Assembly (NCBI GenBank): GCA_038230375.1
Contig: JBBRNJ010000001.1
Location: 32,001 to 96,000 of the forward strand
Direction of reading: 5' to 3'
DNA from: Polyangiales bacterium
GTDB lineage: Bacteria > Myxococcota_A > Polyangia > Polyangiales > Polyangiaceae
Length of the DNA: 64,000 bases
Shown here: one piece after another, positions 46,994-56,280 of the stretch
Numbering within the stretch: position 1 is the stretch's first letter
How the letters are laid out: each line of letters begins with the position of its first letter
Translations under genes and position numbers: made by a program
Notes under the pieces: model-generated
The model's database searches: none
Told to the model about the DNA's origin: nothing
The model's input: only the letters and a program-made list of their open reading frames with translations

Positions 46994-47947
46994 ATGCACC
47001 CCACGAATCTTGCAGGATTGGACCTGAATCTCCTGCGCGTTCTCGATGCGTTGCTGCGCGAGCGGCACCTCACCCGTGCGGCGAAGGGGCTCGGCCTCTC
47101 CCAGCCCGCGACCAGCCACGCGCTCGCGCGGCTACGAGAGCACATGGGAGATCCGCTCTTCGTGCGATCGTCCGCAGGCCTTGTCCCCACCGCGCGCGCT
47201 GCCGCTCTTGCGCCCAAGCTGCGGAGCGCCATGCAGGCGCTCGGCGAATGCGTGACCGGCATGCCCGCGTTCGAGCCCCGCACGGCGCGCGCGACCTTCA
47301 CGCTGTCGACGACCGACGGTTCGTTCGTGCTGGTGCCGGCGCTCCTGAAGCAGCTGTCGCGGATGGCGCCAGGCGTGGACGTGTGGGTGCGCGCCGCACG
47401 CGACGAGATCTTCGCGGAGCTCGCCCGGGGTGACGCGGACGTCCACGTGGGCCCGATCCCCGAGGGCGCGACGGCCCCCGGCATCCACAAGCATCCGCTG
47501 TTCGAGGAAGAGTTCGTGTGCCTCGTGCGCGCGGACCACCCGCGCGTGCGTGGGTCGCTCGATCTGGACACCTACGCGGACCTCCCGCACGTCTTCGTCG
47601 CGCCGCGCGGCACGCCAGGCGGCATCGTCGACCAGGTGCTCGCGAAGCACAAACGAAAGCGGCGCGTCGCCATCGCGGTCCCTCAGTTCTTGCTCGCGCC
47701 GTTCCTTGTGGCGAAGTCGGACATGATCGTCACCATCGGGCGTCGCGTCGCGGAGACCTTCGCCGCTCTTCTACCGCTGCGCATCCTGGAGCCGCCGATC
47801 AAGCTCCCGCCGTTCATGACCCAGCTCGTGTGGCACGAGCGCACGCAAGAGGACCCCGCGCATCGGTGGTTTCGCGAGCGGATCATGAACGCCGTCCCCG
47901 ACACTACAAAGCGCACGAAAGAGCGAGTACGGTCACCGCGTCGATGA
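46994..47947 (+). CDS. LysR-family regulator divergent from nmrA
   Basis: LDLNLLRVLDALL...SQPATSHALARLRE...DPLFVR; TGATA-AG-TATCA dyad just upstream. Confidence 0.93.
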   Translation: MHPTNLAGLDLNLLRVLDALLRERHLTRAAKGLGLSQPATSHALARLREHMGDPLFVRSSAGLVPTARAAALAPKLRSAMQALGECVTGMPAFEPRTARATFTLSTTDGSFVLVPALLKQLSRMAPGVDVWVRAARDEIFAELARGDADVHVGPIPEGATAPGIHKHPLFEEEFVCLVRADHPRVRGSLDLDTYADLPHVFVAPRGTPGGIVDQVLAKHKRKRRVAIAVPQFLLAPFLVAKSDMIVTIGRRVAETFAALLPLRILEPPIKLPPFMTQLVWHERTQEDPAHRWFRERIMNAVPDTTKRTKERVRSPRR

Positions 47948-48576
47948 GCACCAGAACGTCACGTGCAAAGATCGCCGCGGGCGCCGTTCTCGTTGCCGCA
48001 CTTGGCTTCGTTGCGTATGCGCGCTTCGGCGTGGACTACACGGCGCTCGTCACCGCGCACGACGAGCAGCTGCTCCAGCAGTTGATGAGCCACTCCGTCA
48101 ACGTGGAGCTGGTCTCCAGCAGGGTGGCGCGCTTCCACAAGGGCACGCCGCCGTGCGAGTACGCGCCCATGCAGGAGGTCCCACAAGAAGAGGTGGACGT
48201 CATCGAGCGCGAGCTGCGCGGCGCCAAGATGCTGGGGCGCGCGCGCGAGCTGTCATCGCTCTTCTACAAGTGGGGCAAGGACGACGAGGCGCGCCGCCAT
48301 GGTCCGCGAACCGACGACGAGGTGCTCATGGCGTGGAACGCCACCGGCTCCCTGTACGATCGCGCTGTGGCCACCGTTGCGGGACACGGCGTCGCGGACG
48401 CTGTTCGCGCATCGTCGGAGAAGACGCAGGCGCGCATGCTCGGTAAGGCCGACGAGGTGCAGAAGAGCCTGGACGAGCACCAGATGGAATCCGTCTTTGG
48501 AATCTGGATGCGTCACCCCGTGGCGCTCTCGCCTCCCGCGTTCGTGCAAACGCTGACCCGGTTGCCAAAGGAGTAG
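47944..48576 (+). CDS. Hypothetical protein with N-terminal TM/signal
   Basis: ATG overlaps the LysR stop (ATGA); hydrophobic N-terminus. Confidence 0.65.
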   Translation: MSTRTSRAKIAAGAVLVAALGFVAYARFGVDYTALVTAHDEQLLQQLMSHSVNVELVSSRVARFHKGTPPCEYAPMQEVPQEEVDVIERELRGAKMLGRARELSSLFYKWGKDDEARRHGPRTDDEVLMAWNATGSLYDRAVATVAGHGVADAVRASSEKTQARMLGKADEVQKSLDEHQMESVFGIWMRHPVALSPPAFVQTLTRLPKE

Positions 48577-48579
48577 CGC

Positions 48580-49206
48580 GTGCTCTCCCGCTACGCATCG
48601 TGCGCCACCTACGAGGACCGCGGTGAGTCCGTCACCACGTTCACACCGAACGACGGCTCGCGCGTGCGCCACCTCACGATCACGTTCGAGACCGCGTTCG
48701 ATCGTGTGCGCGGCGGCTTCCGCTTCGAGTACCAGGCAAGCGGACTCTCCACCGAGAAGCGCGGGATCGTGTGGCGAGAGGGCCTTGGTCCCGCGCGCTC
48801 GTGGTGGAGCCAGAGCCCGGCCACGGCGCAGGGCGAGCTCTCCGCGCTGCTGCTGTCCGTCCACGCGGGCACGTCGGGCGGGACGTCGCAGATGATCCCT
48901 GCGCTCTTGCTCGGGCGGCCGCTGCCGTGGACGCTCGGTCCGGCCGCGCCGCGCGGTGAAGAGCTCGAGATCCCGGTCGTGGGCCGCGCCATGACGCTGT
49001 TCTGCCGGGCGGACGATCACGCGGTCTTGCGCTGGACGTCGCAGCACCGCCGCATGCGCATGGGTGCGCTGCTGGACCACGACGACCGCGAACCAAACCC
49101 GGAGGTGGAGGCCCTCCTCGCGTCCGCGATCACGCAGGAGGTGACGCTGGAGCCCGCCTTCGACCGCGATCTCCCTCCATCACGCTTCGCGCGCATCGGC
49201 AGCTGA
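48580..49206 (+). CDS. Hypothetical protein
   Basis: 208-aa ORF packed tightly between neighbours on the same strand. Confidence 0.6.
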   Translation: MLSRYASCATYEDRGESVTTFTPNDGSRVRHLTITFETAFDRVRGGFRFEYQASGLSTEKRGIVWREGLGPARSWWSQSPATAQGELSALLLSVHAGTSGGTSQMIPALLLGRPLPWTLGPAAPRGEELEIPVVGRAMTLFCRADDHAVLRWTSQHRRMRMGALLDHDDREPNPEVEALLASAITQEVTLEPAFDRDLPPSRFARIGS

Positions 49207-49220
49207 CGTAGGCTTCTACC

Positions 49221-49985
49221 GTGTTCGATTTCCTCTTCAAGAAGAAGCGCCGCGAGGAGCTGCAAAAGACGCCGCTGCCGGAGCCGTTCCGCGCGATCAT
49301 CCACAAGTGCGTGCCTTACGTGCACCGGCTCTCCGAAGCCGACCGCGAGGAGCTCTACGGGCATGTGCAGGTGTTCCTGGCGGAGAAGAGCTTCGAGGGC
49401 TGCGGCGGGCTCGAGCTCACGGACGAGATCCGCGTGACGATCGCCGCGCAGGCCTGCGTGCTCCTGCTCCATCGGGAAACGGACTACTACCCCGAGCTCG
49501 ACTCCATCCTGGTCTACCCACATGCGTACGTCGCGAAGGGCTCGCGATCGCAGCTCGGCAACGTGGTGGTGGAGAAAGAGGAGGAGCGCCTTGGCGAATC
49601 GTGGACGCGCGGCACCATCGTGCTCGCGTGGGACGCGGTGAAGAGCGGCGCATCCAACATCCACGACGGACACAACGTGGTGTTGCACGAGTTCGCGCAC
49701 CAGCTGGACGCAGAGGACGGGGCCATGGACGGCGCGCCGGACCTGGGAAAGCGTGCACTCTACACGGGATGGGCGCACGTGCTGGGCACCGAGTACACCG
49801 AGCTCACCGAGCTGCTCGCCGCACACCGGCGCAGCGATCTGGACTCCTACGGAGCAACGAACCCCGCAGAGTTCTTCGCCGTGGTGACCGAGGCGTTCTT
49901 CGAGAAGGGCGCAGCCCTCAAGCGCAGGCATCCAGAGCTGTACGACGCATTAGCTGCATTCTACAAGCAAGATCCTGCTGGCTGA
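49221..49985 (+). CDS. Zinc-dependent peptidase M90 (MtfA-like)
   Basis: HEFAH, IAAQAC, YGATNPAEFFAV. Confidence 0.9.
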   Translation: MFDFLFKKKRREELQKTPLPEPFRAIIHKCVPYVHRLSEADREELYGHVQVFLAEKSFEGCGGLELTDEIRVTIAAQACVLLLHRETDYYPELDSILVYPHAYVAKGSRSQLGNVVVEKEEERLGESWTRGTIVLAWDAVKSGASNIHDGHNVVLHEFAHQLDAEDGAMDGAPDLGKRALYTGWAHVLGTEYTELTELLAAHRRSDLDSYGATNPAEFFAVVTEAFFEKGAALKRRHPELYDALAAFYKQDPAG

Positions 49986-50013
49986 GCGGGGGCCTAGGTC
50001 CTAGGAAGACCGG

Positions 50014-51099
50014 ATGACGTCGCTCTTCGAACCGCTCACGTTCCGCACGGGCCTCACGTTGAAGAGCCGGCTCGCGCTCGCGGCCATGACCAACAAGCAG
50101 AGCCACGAGGACGGCACGCTGTCGGACGACGAGCTGCGCTGGTTGCGCGCGCGGGCAGACGGGGGATTCCGGCTGATCTTCACCTGCGCGTCGCATGTGG
50201 CGAAGGACGGCCAGGGATGGTCCGGTGAGCTGGGATGCTTCTCGGACGCGCACGTGCCGGGGCTCACGCGCCTGGCAACGGACCTGCGTGAGCACGGCGC
50301 AAGCACCATGGTGCAGCTCTTCCACGGCGGCGTCCGTGCGGACGCTGCGGTGTCCGGAACGAAGCCGTGGACCGCGACCGAGACGGAGACCGCGCGCGCG
50401 GCGACGGAAGAAGATCTGACGCGCGTCATTCGCGAGTTCGGTGACGCAGCGGCGCGCGCGAAGGCAGCGGGCATGGACGGCGTGGAGCTGCACGGCGCGC
50501 ACGGCTATCTGCTCACGCAGTTCCTGAGCGCCACGGAGAACCAGCGACAGGATGGCTGGGGTGGTTCGTTGCCGAACCGGGCACGCCTGATCCGCTCCGT
50601 GCTGCGAGAGGTGCGCGCGCGCGTGGGCGCGTCGTTCACGGTGGGGGTGCGTTTGTCACCGGAGGACTTCGGCAACGCGAAGGGCATGGATCTGGACGAG
50701 AGTATCCAGACCGCGCGATGGCTCGCGGAGGACTCCGCGGACTTCATCCACCTGTCGCTGTGGCGGTCGGAGCTGATGACGAAGAAGCGCCCGGAAGAGC
50801 ACGCGGTGAACGTGTTCCGCGCGGCGCTTCCCGCGGACGTGAAGCTCATCGTCGCGGGTGGTGTGTGGACGCCGGCAGAGGCGAGCGCGCTGCTCGAACG
50901 CGGAGCGGATCTCGTGGCGCTCGGTCGTTCCGCGATCGTGAACCCGGACTGGCCGCAGCGCGCGGAGGCGTCCACGGGCACCATGCCGTTCGAGCCAAGG
51001 AGGCCACCGGTGACGATCGACGAGCTCACCGCGCGTGGACTCTCGAAGACGTTCGCGGAGTACATGCGGGCATGGAAGGGATTCGTGAGCGACGCCTGA
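50014..51099 (+). CDS. NADH:flavin oxidoreductase (Old Yellow Enzyme family)
   Basis: QLFHGG, DGVELHGAHGYLLTQF, VGVRLS, VALGR. Confidence 0.92.
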   Translation: MTSLFEPLTFRTGLTLKSRLALAAMTNKQSHEDGTLSDDELRWLRARADGGFRLIFTCASHVAKDGQGWSGELGCFSDAHVPGLTRLATDLREHGASTMVQLFHGGVRADAAVSGTKPWTATETETARAATEEDLTRVIREFGDAAARAKAAGMDGVELHGAHGYLLTQFLSATENQRQDGWGGSLPNRARLIRSVLREVRARVGASFTVGVRLSPEDFGNAKGMDLDESIQTARWLAEDSADFIHLSLWRSELMTKKRPEEHAVNVFRAALPADVKLIVAGGVWTPAEASALLERGADLVALGRSAIVNPDWPQRAEASTGTMPFEPRRPPVTIDELTARGLSKTFAEYMRAWKGFVSDA

Positions 51100-51159
51100 G
51101 TAGGCGCAGCTGCGGCGGATGCATGGCGGGCTGCAGGCTCCACGGTCCACTGAGGAGAA

Positions 51160-51957
51160 TCAGGCTCGGTAGGGCTTCAGTGCCTTGAGGCGCTCGGCGG
51201 CTCGCTGCGCCAGCTCGGTGTCCGGGGCTTCGGAGATCGCGCGCGCGTAGGCGGCGCGGGCGTCATCGTCGCGGCCCATCGACGCGAGGGCCTCGCCCAG
51301 GAAGTACTCGCGGGCGGACTGATGCTTCTTCGTGCCTCCGCGTGCGATCGCCTGTTCGAGCTTCTCCACGGCCTCTTCCGACTCTCCGGAGATCGCGAGC
51401 GCTGCGCCCAGTGTCCCCAGCTGGAGCGCGCGCAGATCCGATCCTGCGGAGAAGAGCGGGCGCGTGGTCTTCTCCGCTGCGTCGAGCGATGCCCGCGCCG
51501 CCGACAGCGCGTTCGGTGCGTCGCCCGCGAGCACGCGGTACCACGCCAGGTTGTTCCAGAGCACGGGCGCCCACGCCTCGCCCAGGACCTTCATGTCCAC
51601 TGACGCGAGCAGCTTCGCCGCCTGTGCATGCTTCTTCTCCAGTGAGAGGAGCTGCGCCTCGTACAGGCGGAGCTGCTCCATGCCTACGCGAGAGCCCAGG
51701 TACAGCTCTCGCAGCTCCAGCAGGATCGCGCGTGAGGCCTTCACGTCCTCCGCCGCCACGTGACGCGCGAGCCTGACGAACGCGCGCCGCGCGATCAGCG
51801 TGGGCACGCGCGTCTGCGCGAACCACGCGACCACCGTCACCGCAGGCACGAACAGCAGCGGCGAGATACCAAGCTTCCCCGCCGACACGAGCGACACCGC
51901 GAACGCCGCGAACACCAGCAGCAGCCGAAGCACGGTGGAGAGCCTACGAAGCTTCAC
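51160..51957 (-). CDS. Membrane-anchored tetratricopeptide repeat protein
   Basis: Two N-terminal TMs; NNLAW, GTLGAAL, YFLGEAL TPR motifs; GTG overlaps the PP2C stop. Confidence 0.78.
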   Translation of the reverse strand: MKLRRLSTVLRLLLVFAAFAVSLVSAGKLGISPLLFVPAVTVVAWFAQTRVPTLIARRAFVRLARHVAAEDVKASRAILLELRELYLGSRVGMEQLRLYEAQLLSLEKKHAQAAKLLASVDMKVLGEAWAPVLWNNLAWYRVLAGDAPNALSAARASLDAAEKTTRPLFSAGSDLRALQLGTLGAALAISGESEEAVEKLEQAIARGGTKKHQSAREYFLGEALASMGRDDDARAAYARAISEAPDTELAQRAAERLKALKPYRA

Positions 51958-52847
51958 GCAGAGGTCGTAGCATGCGGCGGTGCCAGCGCCGAGCCGCCAA
52001 AGCGCAGGACCACGCACGTCACGTTGTCGGGGCCACCCTCCTCGTTCGCACGGGAGATCAGCACCTCGCAGGCGCGCTCGGGCGTGACGTTCGCGCGAAG
52101 GATGCGCGCGATCTCGTCATCGGCGAGCGGCCCCGTGAGGCCGTCGGAGCAGAGCAGCACGACGTCCTCCTTCTCGAGTTTCAAGGTCGTGATCGCGACG
52201 TCGAGCTTGGGTGACGAACCGAGCGCCTGCAGGATGATGTGCCCGCCATCGAACCTCTCGGCCTCTTCCGGCGTGAGCTGCCCGGACTCCATCAGCATGC
52301 GCGCGAGCGTCTGATCCTTCGTGAGCGGCGTGAAGGCAAGACCTCGCAGCAGGTACGCGCGCGAGTCCCCGACCTGCGCCACGACCAACGTGTCCGCGGC
52401 GACGGAGATCACGGTCGCCGTGGTCCCCATGCGCGCGTACTCGGGTTGCTCGCGCGCGACCCTTGCGATCCGGTCGGACGCAGCCTGCACGCTGGACCGC
52501 AGCGCGGCCGCGAGCGCTGTGACGTCCGCGTTCAGGGTCGCCTGTTCGCGCATCGAGACGTAGAGCGCTTCGCTGCCCAGCCGGCTCGCGACCTCTCCGC
52601 CGGCCTCGCCGCCCATGCCGTCCAGCACGGCGCAGAGGAAGCGTCCGGGAACCACGTCCCACACCTCGGAGACCGCGCGGTCTGTCCGCAGCGTGTCGCG
52701 CGCCAGGTCGCAGACGAGCACGCTGTCCTCGTTGTTCGAGCGATGACGCCCGATGTCGCTCTTCGCCGCCACATGAACGCAGACCGCGGGCCCCTTCCTG
52801 GGGACGGCGGGAGGGGGAAACGGATCGGCTTCTCGGGTGAATCTCAT
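51954..52847 (-). CDS. PP2C-family Ser/Thr protein phosphatase
   Basis: NEDS, DGMGG, GTT, VGDSRAY, CSDGL, GGPDNVT. Confidence 0.93.
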   Translation of the reverse strand: MRFTREADPFPPPAVPRKGPAVCVHVAAKSDIGRHRSNNEDSVLVCDLARDTLRTDRAVSEVWDVVPGRFLCAVLDGMGGEAGGEVASRLGSEALYVSMREQATLNADVTALAAALRSSVQAASDRIARVAREQPEYARMGTTATVISVAADTLVVAQVGDSRAYLLRGLAFTPLTKDQTLARMLMESGQLTPEEAERFDGGHIILQALGSSPKLDVAITTLKLEKEDVVLLCSDGLTGPLADDEIARILRANVTPERACEVLISRANEEGGPDNVTCVVLRFGGSALAPPHATTSA

Positions 52848-52871
52848 GCTTCACAATCTGAATCAGTTTCT

Positions 52872-52911
52872 TCTGTTGTCAACTGTTGTCACCAGTGAAG
52901 ATGACAACAGA
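52872..52911. promoter_or_regulatory. Three 9-bp boxes (two direct, one inverted), candidate XRE operator
   Basis: CTGTTGTCA at 52873 and 52883; TGACAACAG at 52902. Confidence 0.7.
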
Positions 52912-52935
52912 CGCTGGTACGCGTAGGATCCACGG

Positions 52936-53517
52936 GTGGTGAAGAAGAGCGTGGAAGCTGAGGCCGCTGGAGCGAACCAGGGCAGCGACGTGGACGCGGC
53001 CGGCTTCGGCGTGCGGCTCGCGGAGGCGATGACATCGCGCGGCCTCTCCGGGGGCGAGCTGGGTCGTCGTGCGGGGTTCACGTCGCAATACGTGAACTCG
53101 CTCTCGAAGGGCGATCGCGGCGCGCGCCTTCCACACGACACGGCGAAGCGACTCGCGCACGCGCTCGGCGTGTCCGTTGAATGGCTGACCAAGGGCGATG
53201 GCCCGCGCGAGCGTCTGAGCGACGTCTACCCTGCGCACGTACCGCGCGCGCGAGCGCCCTACCCTTCGGACATCTTCCCCAGCCGCGCCGAGGCGATCGC
53301 GCTCCTTTCATCCGTCGCGCCGCCAGAGGTGATCGCCGCCCTCCGCGAGGTGGTCCCCGAGATGGATGGAGATCCCGGCCGCGACTTCTGGATCGACTAC
53401 GCGAAGGAGCTCACGCGCACCTTCCGTCGGATCAAGGACGACCCCGACTTCGGGGGCGACGGAGCCGACCGCGCGCCCCGCTCCAGCTTCGCGATCAAGG
53501 CCACGAAGAAGAAATGA
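52936..53517 (+). CDS. XRE/Cro-CI helix-turn-helix regulator
   Basis: FGVRLAEAM...LSGGELGRRAG...LAHALGVSVEWLTKGDG. Confidence 0.85.
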   Translation: MVKKSVEAEAAGANQGSDVDAAGFGVRLAEAMTSRGLSGGELGRRAGFTSQYVNSLSKGDRGARLPHDTAKRLAHALGVSVEWLTKGDGPRERLSDVYPAHVPRARAPYPSDIFPSRAEAIALLSSVAPPEVIAALREVVPEMDGDPGRDFWIDYAKELTRTFRRIKDDPDFGGDGADRAPRSSFAIKATKKK

Positions 53518-54030
53518 TCACTTCGCGTAGTAGCGAGTCGGCACGTCCACGGCGCTGCCGCTGAACGCCGGGATCGCAACGTCGAACGCGTCACGCATGC
53601 AGAGCTGCGCGTCCTCGCTGATCGGCTGGCGCAGCGTGACGCGGCTCACGCGGCCGCTGGGCTCGAACGTGATCGTGGCCGCACCGTAGCCGGCGGGGAG
53701 ACCGCGCTCACGACATGCGGAGACATCCACATCGAGGGCTGCGCGAGCGGTGCCCTGAGAGAACGCGGGCGTTCCCGTGCTGGCAGACGGCTTGAACGCA
53801 GGGTCGTTGAGATCCACTTGCTCGAAGTCGCGCGGCGCCTCCTCTTCCGCAACGGGGACCACGACGACGGGAACGTCGGACTGCGCCGAGAGCTCCGCGG
53901 AGATGGCGGCCATCGCGATGAAGGTCCCGGCGTGAGGCACCACCATCGGCGCCAGCGCAGCCATCCCACGGCAGCCCGTGAGGAGCGCGGGGACGATGGC
54001 GAGAAGCGGGAGAAGGCGGCTGTTGCGCAT
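53518..54030 (-). CDS. Hypothetical lipoprotein with TonB-C/AgmX-like C-terminal domain
   Basis: LTGC lipobox; ITFEPSGRV...C...IPAFSG motif. Confidence 0.65.
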   Translation of the reverse strand: MRNSRLLPLLAIVPALLTGCRGMAALAPMVVPHAGTFIAMAAISAELSAQSDVPVVVVPVAEEEAPRDFEQVDLNDPAFKPSASTGTPAFSQGTARAALDVDVSACRERGLPAGYGAATITFEPSGRVSRVTLRQPISEDAQLCMRDAFDVAIPAFSGSAVDVPTRYYAK

Positions 54031-54113
54031 GTCCGTCAGACGAACGTGCGTCCCCACGAATTCAAGCAAGCCACTGTCCCAAAAACGAGCGACGCCCGCC
54101 AACTGGCGTTTTT

Positions 54114-54908
54114 TCAGGGCTTCGCTGGCTGGAACGGGCCCATGAACGGTGGCTTGGACTCCGCCGCGCCCATGTCGTCGGCGGCGTAATAGGCGACGAT
54201 CATCTCGCGTGCGCCGGGGCGTGTGTAGATGTCCGCGCGCGGATGGGCGATCGCTTCGGCGATCACGGACGCCACCTCTTCCGCGGTCTGCGCGCCGGGC
54301 ATCTTTCGCGAGTCCATGCCGCCGTGGAGGGCGTTCGTGCCGAACTCGGTCGCGACGATCCCGGGATGCACCACCGTCACCATCACGTCGGGCAGCTCGC
54401 TCTTGAGCTCCATGCGGAGGTTTGCGCTGAGCGCGTTCATGGCGTGCTTCGAGGCAGAGTAGGCCGAGCGGAAGGTCGCCAGCGGCATGCGCCCCAGCAG
54501 CGACGACACGTTGATGATGTGACCGCTCTTCTGCGCGCGGAACGTGGGGAGCACGGTCTGCATGCCGTAGAGCACGGACTTCACGTTCATCAGCATCATC
54601 TGATCGATGTCATCATCAGTGAGCGCGGAGACGACCTTGGTGATGCCGCGTCCTGCATTGTTGACCCACACGTCGATGCGGCCATGCTTCGCGAGCGCAG
54701 CGTCCCGCAGACTGTCCACGTCGGAGCGGCGCGTGACGTCGCACACGAACGGGAGCGCGTTCGGACCGCACGCGGCGGCCACCTCGTTGAGCTCCTTCTC
54801 ACGGCGCGCTGCAAGGACGACCTTCGCGCCAGCCTTCGCCAGCGTGACTGCGAGCGCCGCACCGATACCAGCGCTGGCTCCGGTGATGACCACGACCTTG
54901 TCTCTCAT
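54114..54908 (-). CDS. SDR-family oxidoreductase
   Basis: TGASAGIG, NNAG, NVSS, YSASK. Confidence 0.93.
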   Translation of the reverse strand: MRDKVVVITGASAGIGAALAVTLAKAGAKVVLAARREKELNEVAAACGPNALPFVCDVTRRSDVDSLRDAALAKHGRIDVWVNNAGRGITKVVSALTDDDIDQMMLMNVKSVLYGMQTVLPTFRAQKSGHIINVSSLLGRMPLATFRSAYSASKHAMNALSANLRMELKSELPDVMVTVVHPGIVATEFGTNALHGGMDSRKMPGAQTAEEVASVIAEAIAHPRADIYTRPGAREMIVAYYAADDMGAAESKPPFMGPFQPAKP

Positions 54909-54954
54909 GGACCCGAAGCTACTACTTCGTCACGAGTCCGTCGCTACCTGGCCG

Positions 54955-55311
54955 CTACTTCGTGCGGGGCTTCAGACCCTGAAACGGATCGTGCGGCGAC
55001 GAGTCCGGCGCGGACGGCAGCGCGTCGAGCGTGGGCGCGCTGTTTGGGCTGTGAGCAGAGGACAGGATCGAGAGACATCCCTCCGACTGCAGCTGAGCAA
55101 AGACCGCCTGCGCGTGCTTCGGATCCACGCCAGCGACCTCTGCGATCTGGCGGACCGTGGACTCCCCATCGATCGCCGCAATGAGCAGACGTACCTCGGG
55201 GCTCTCGATCCCACCGTCTGGCGGGAAGAGCAGGATGGGCACGTCCCCGAGCAGGACGACCTTGTCGATGGAGACCGTCGGGTGGGCCTCTTGTTCCGGC
55301 GGCTTCATCAC
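54955..55311 (-). CDS. Small hypothetical protein with winged-helix-like segment
   Basis: LIAAIDGESTVRQIAEVAG...FAQLQSEG; GGAG RBS. Confidence 0.6.
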   Translation of the reverse strand: MMKPPEQEAHPTVSIDKVVLLGDVPILLFPPDGGIESPEVRLLIAAIDGESTVRQIAEVAGVDPKHAQAVFAQLQSEGCLSILSSAHSPNSAPTLDALPSAPDSSPHDPFQGLKPRTK

Positions 55312-55332
55312 TCCGTCTTCATCGATATCACC

Positions 55333-56259
55333 TTATTTCTGCCCGAGGAATGCTGCAAAAGCTGCCTTCCGCTCCGCCATGATCTCGTCCAGGCCTCTCG
55401 GAATGACGAACGTGAGCGTCTCACCCAGGCGCTCGAGCGCCTCCGCGTAGGTCCCGGCGCCCCGCACCTCTTCGAGCTCCGTCGACGAGAAGACCGGCAC
55501 GCCACGCGGATCGGTGTGGAGGGCGGCCCACGTGCTCTTCGCTTCCCCGAGCGCGAGCGCGACCATCTCTTCCTTGTCGCCCCCGGCGCGATCGGTGTGG
55601 ACCACCACGGTCCCATCGGCGAGCGTGAACGACTCGTTGACGCCGAGCATACCGCGCTCGAGAACGAATGGCGCATCTGGCCCGCGCACGAGCATGAACA
55701 CCGCGGTCCCGTCTGCGAAGGCGGCCGTGAGCGCCTCCAGGTTCACGCCCGCGCCAAGGATGTCCGCCATCTGCGCGCGCAGCTTCTCTGCCGTGATGTC
55801 GGGCGGCATCACGCTGCGTGTGAACGTCTCTTCGTCGTGCTCCACCTCGCCGGCCTGCACGGCGCGCGCGTATTCCATGATGCGGTTCACCTCCGCCATC
55901 TGGGCCTCCAACAACGCCGCGCTCTCCTCCTCCGTGTAGATGCGTGCTGGCACCCACACGCCCGCGCCGCCCACCTCACGCAGCAGCGCCTCGTAGCTCT
56001 GCGCGCGCGGCTCGCATACGTCTGGATAGAAGAAGAATCCGCGCGGCTCGTCGTGCGCGTCGAGGAGCCCGCGCCCGTACGACGAGAGGATCGCAACGCC
56101 CTGCTCGGGGTCAGCCGAGAGCCCCGCGAACCTCACGAACGTCGAGACGAGCACCGTGCCATCCGGAAGCACCGTCGCATGCGTGACCTCGGGGTCGAGC
56201 ACGTCTCGCAGGTGGGCGGGGCTCTTGGGTCGGACGACCATGACGGCATCAACGCTCAT
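55333..56259 (-). CDS. Hypothetical protein with internal two-fold duplication
   Basis: Twice L-x-DGTV-x-V-x-T, H-x2-PRG and Y-x3-L motifs. Confidence 0.7.
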   Translation of the reverse strand: MSVDAVMVVRPKSPAHLRDVLDPEVTHATVLPDGTVLVSTFVRFAGLSADPEQGVAILSSYGRGLLDAHDEPRGFFFYPDVCEPRAQSYEALLREVGGAGVWVPARIYTEEESAALLEAQMAEVNRIMEYARAVQAGEVEHDEETFTRSVMPPDITAEKLRAQMADILGAGVNLEALTAAFADGTAVFMLVRGPDAPFVLERGMLGVNESFTLADGTVVVHTDRAGGDKEEMVALALGEAKSTWAALHTDPRGVPVFSSTELEEVRGAGTYAEALERLGETLTFVIPRGLDEIMAERKAAFAAFLGQK

Positions 56260-56280
56260 GAGGCGTCCGAAGCAGCCAGC

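Noticed and set aside
52936..53517. Prophage around the XRE repressor
   Set aside because: No integrase, structural, replication or lysis genes; neighbours are ordinary chromosomal genes
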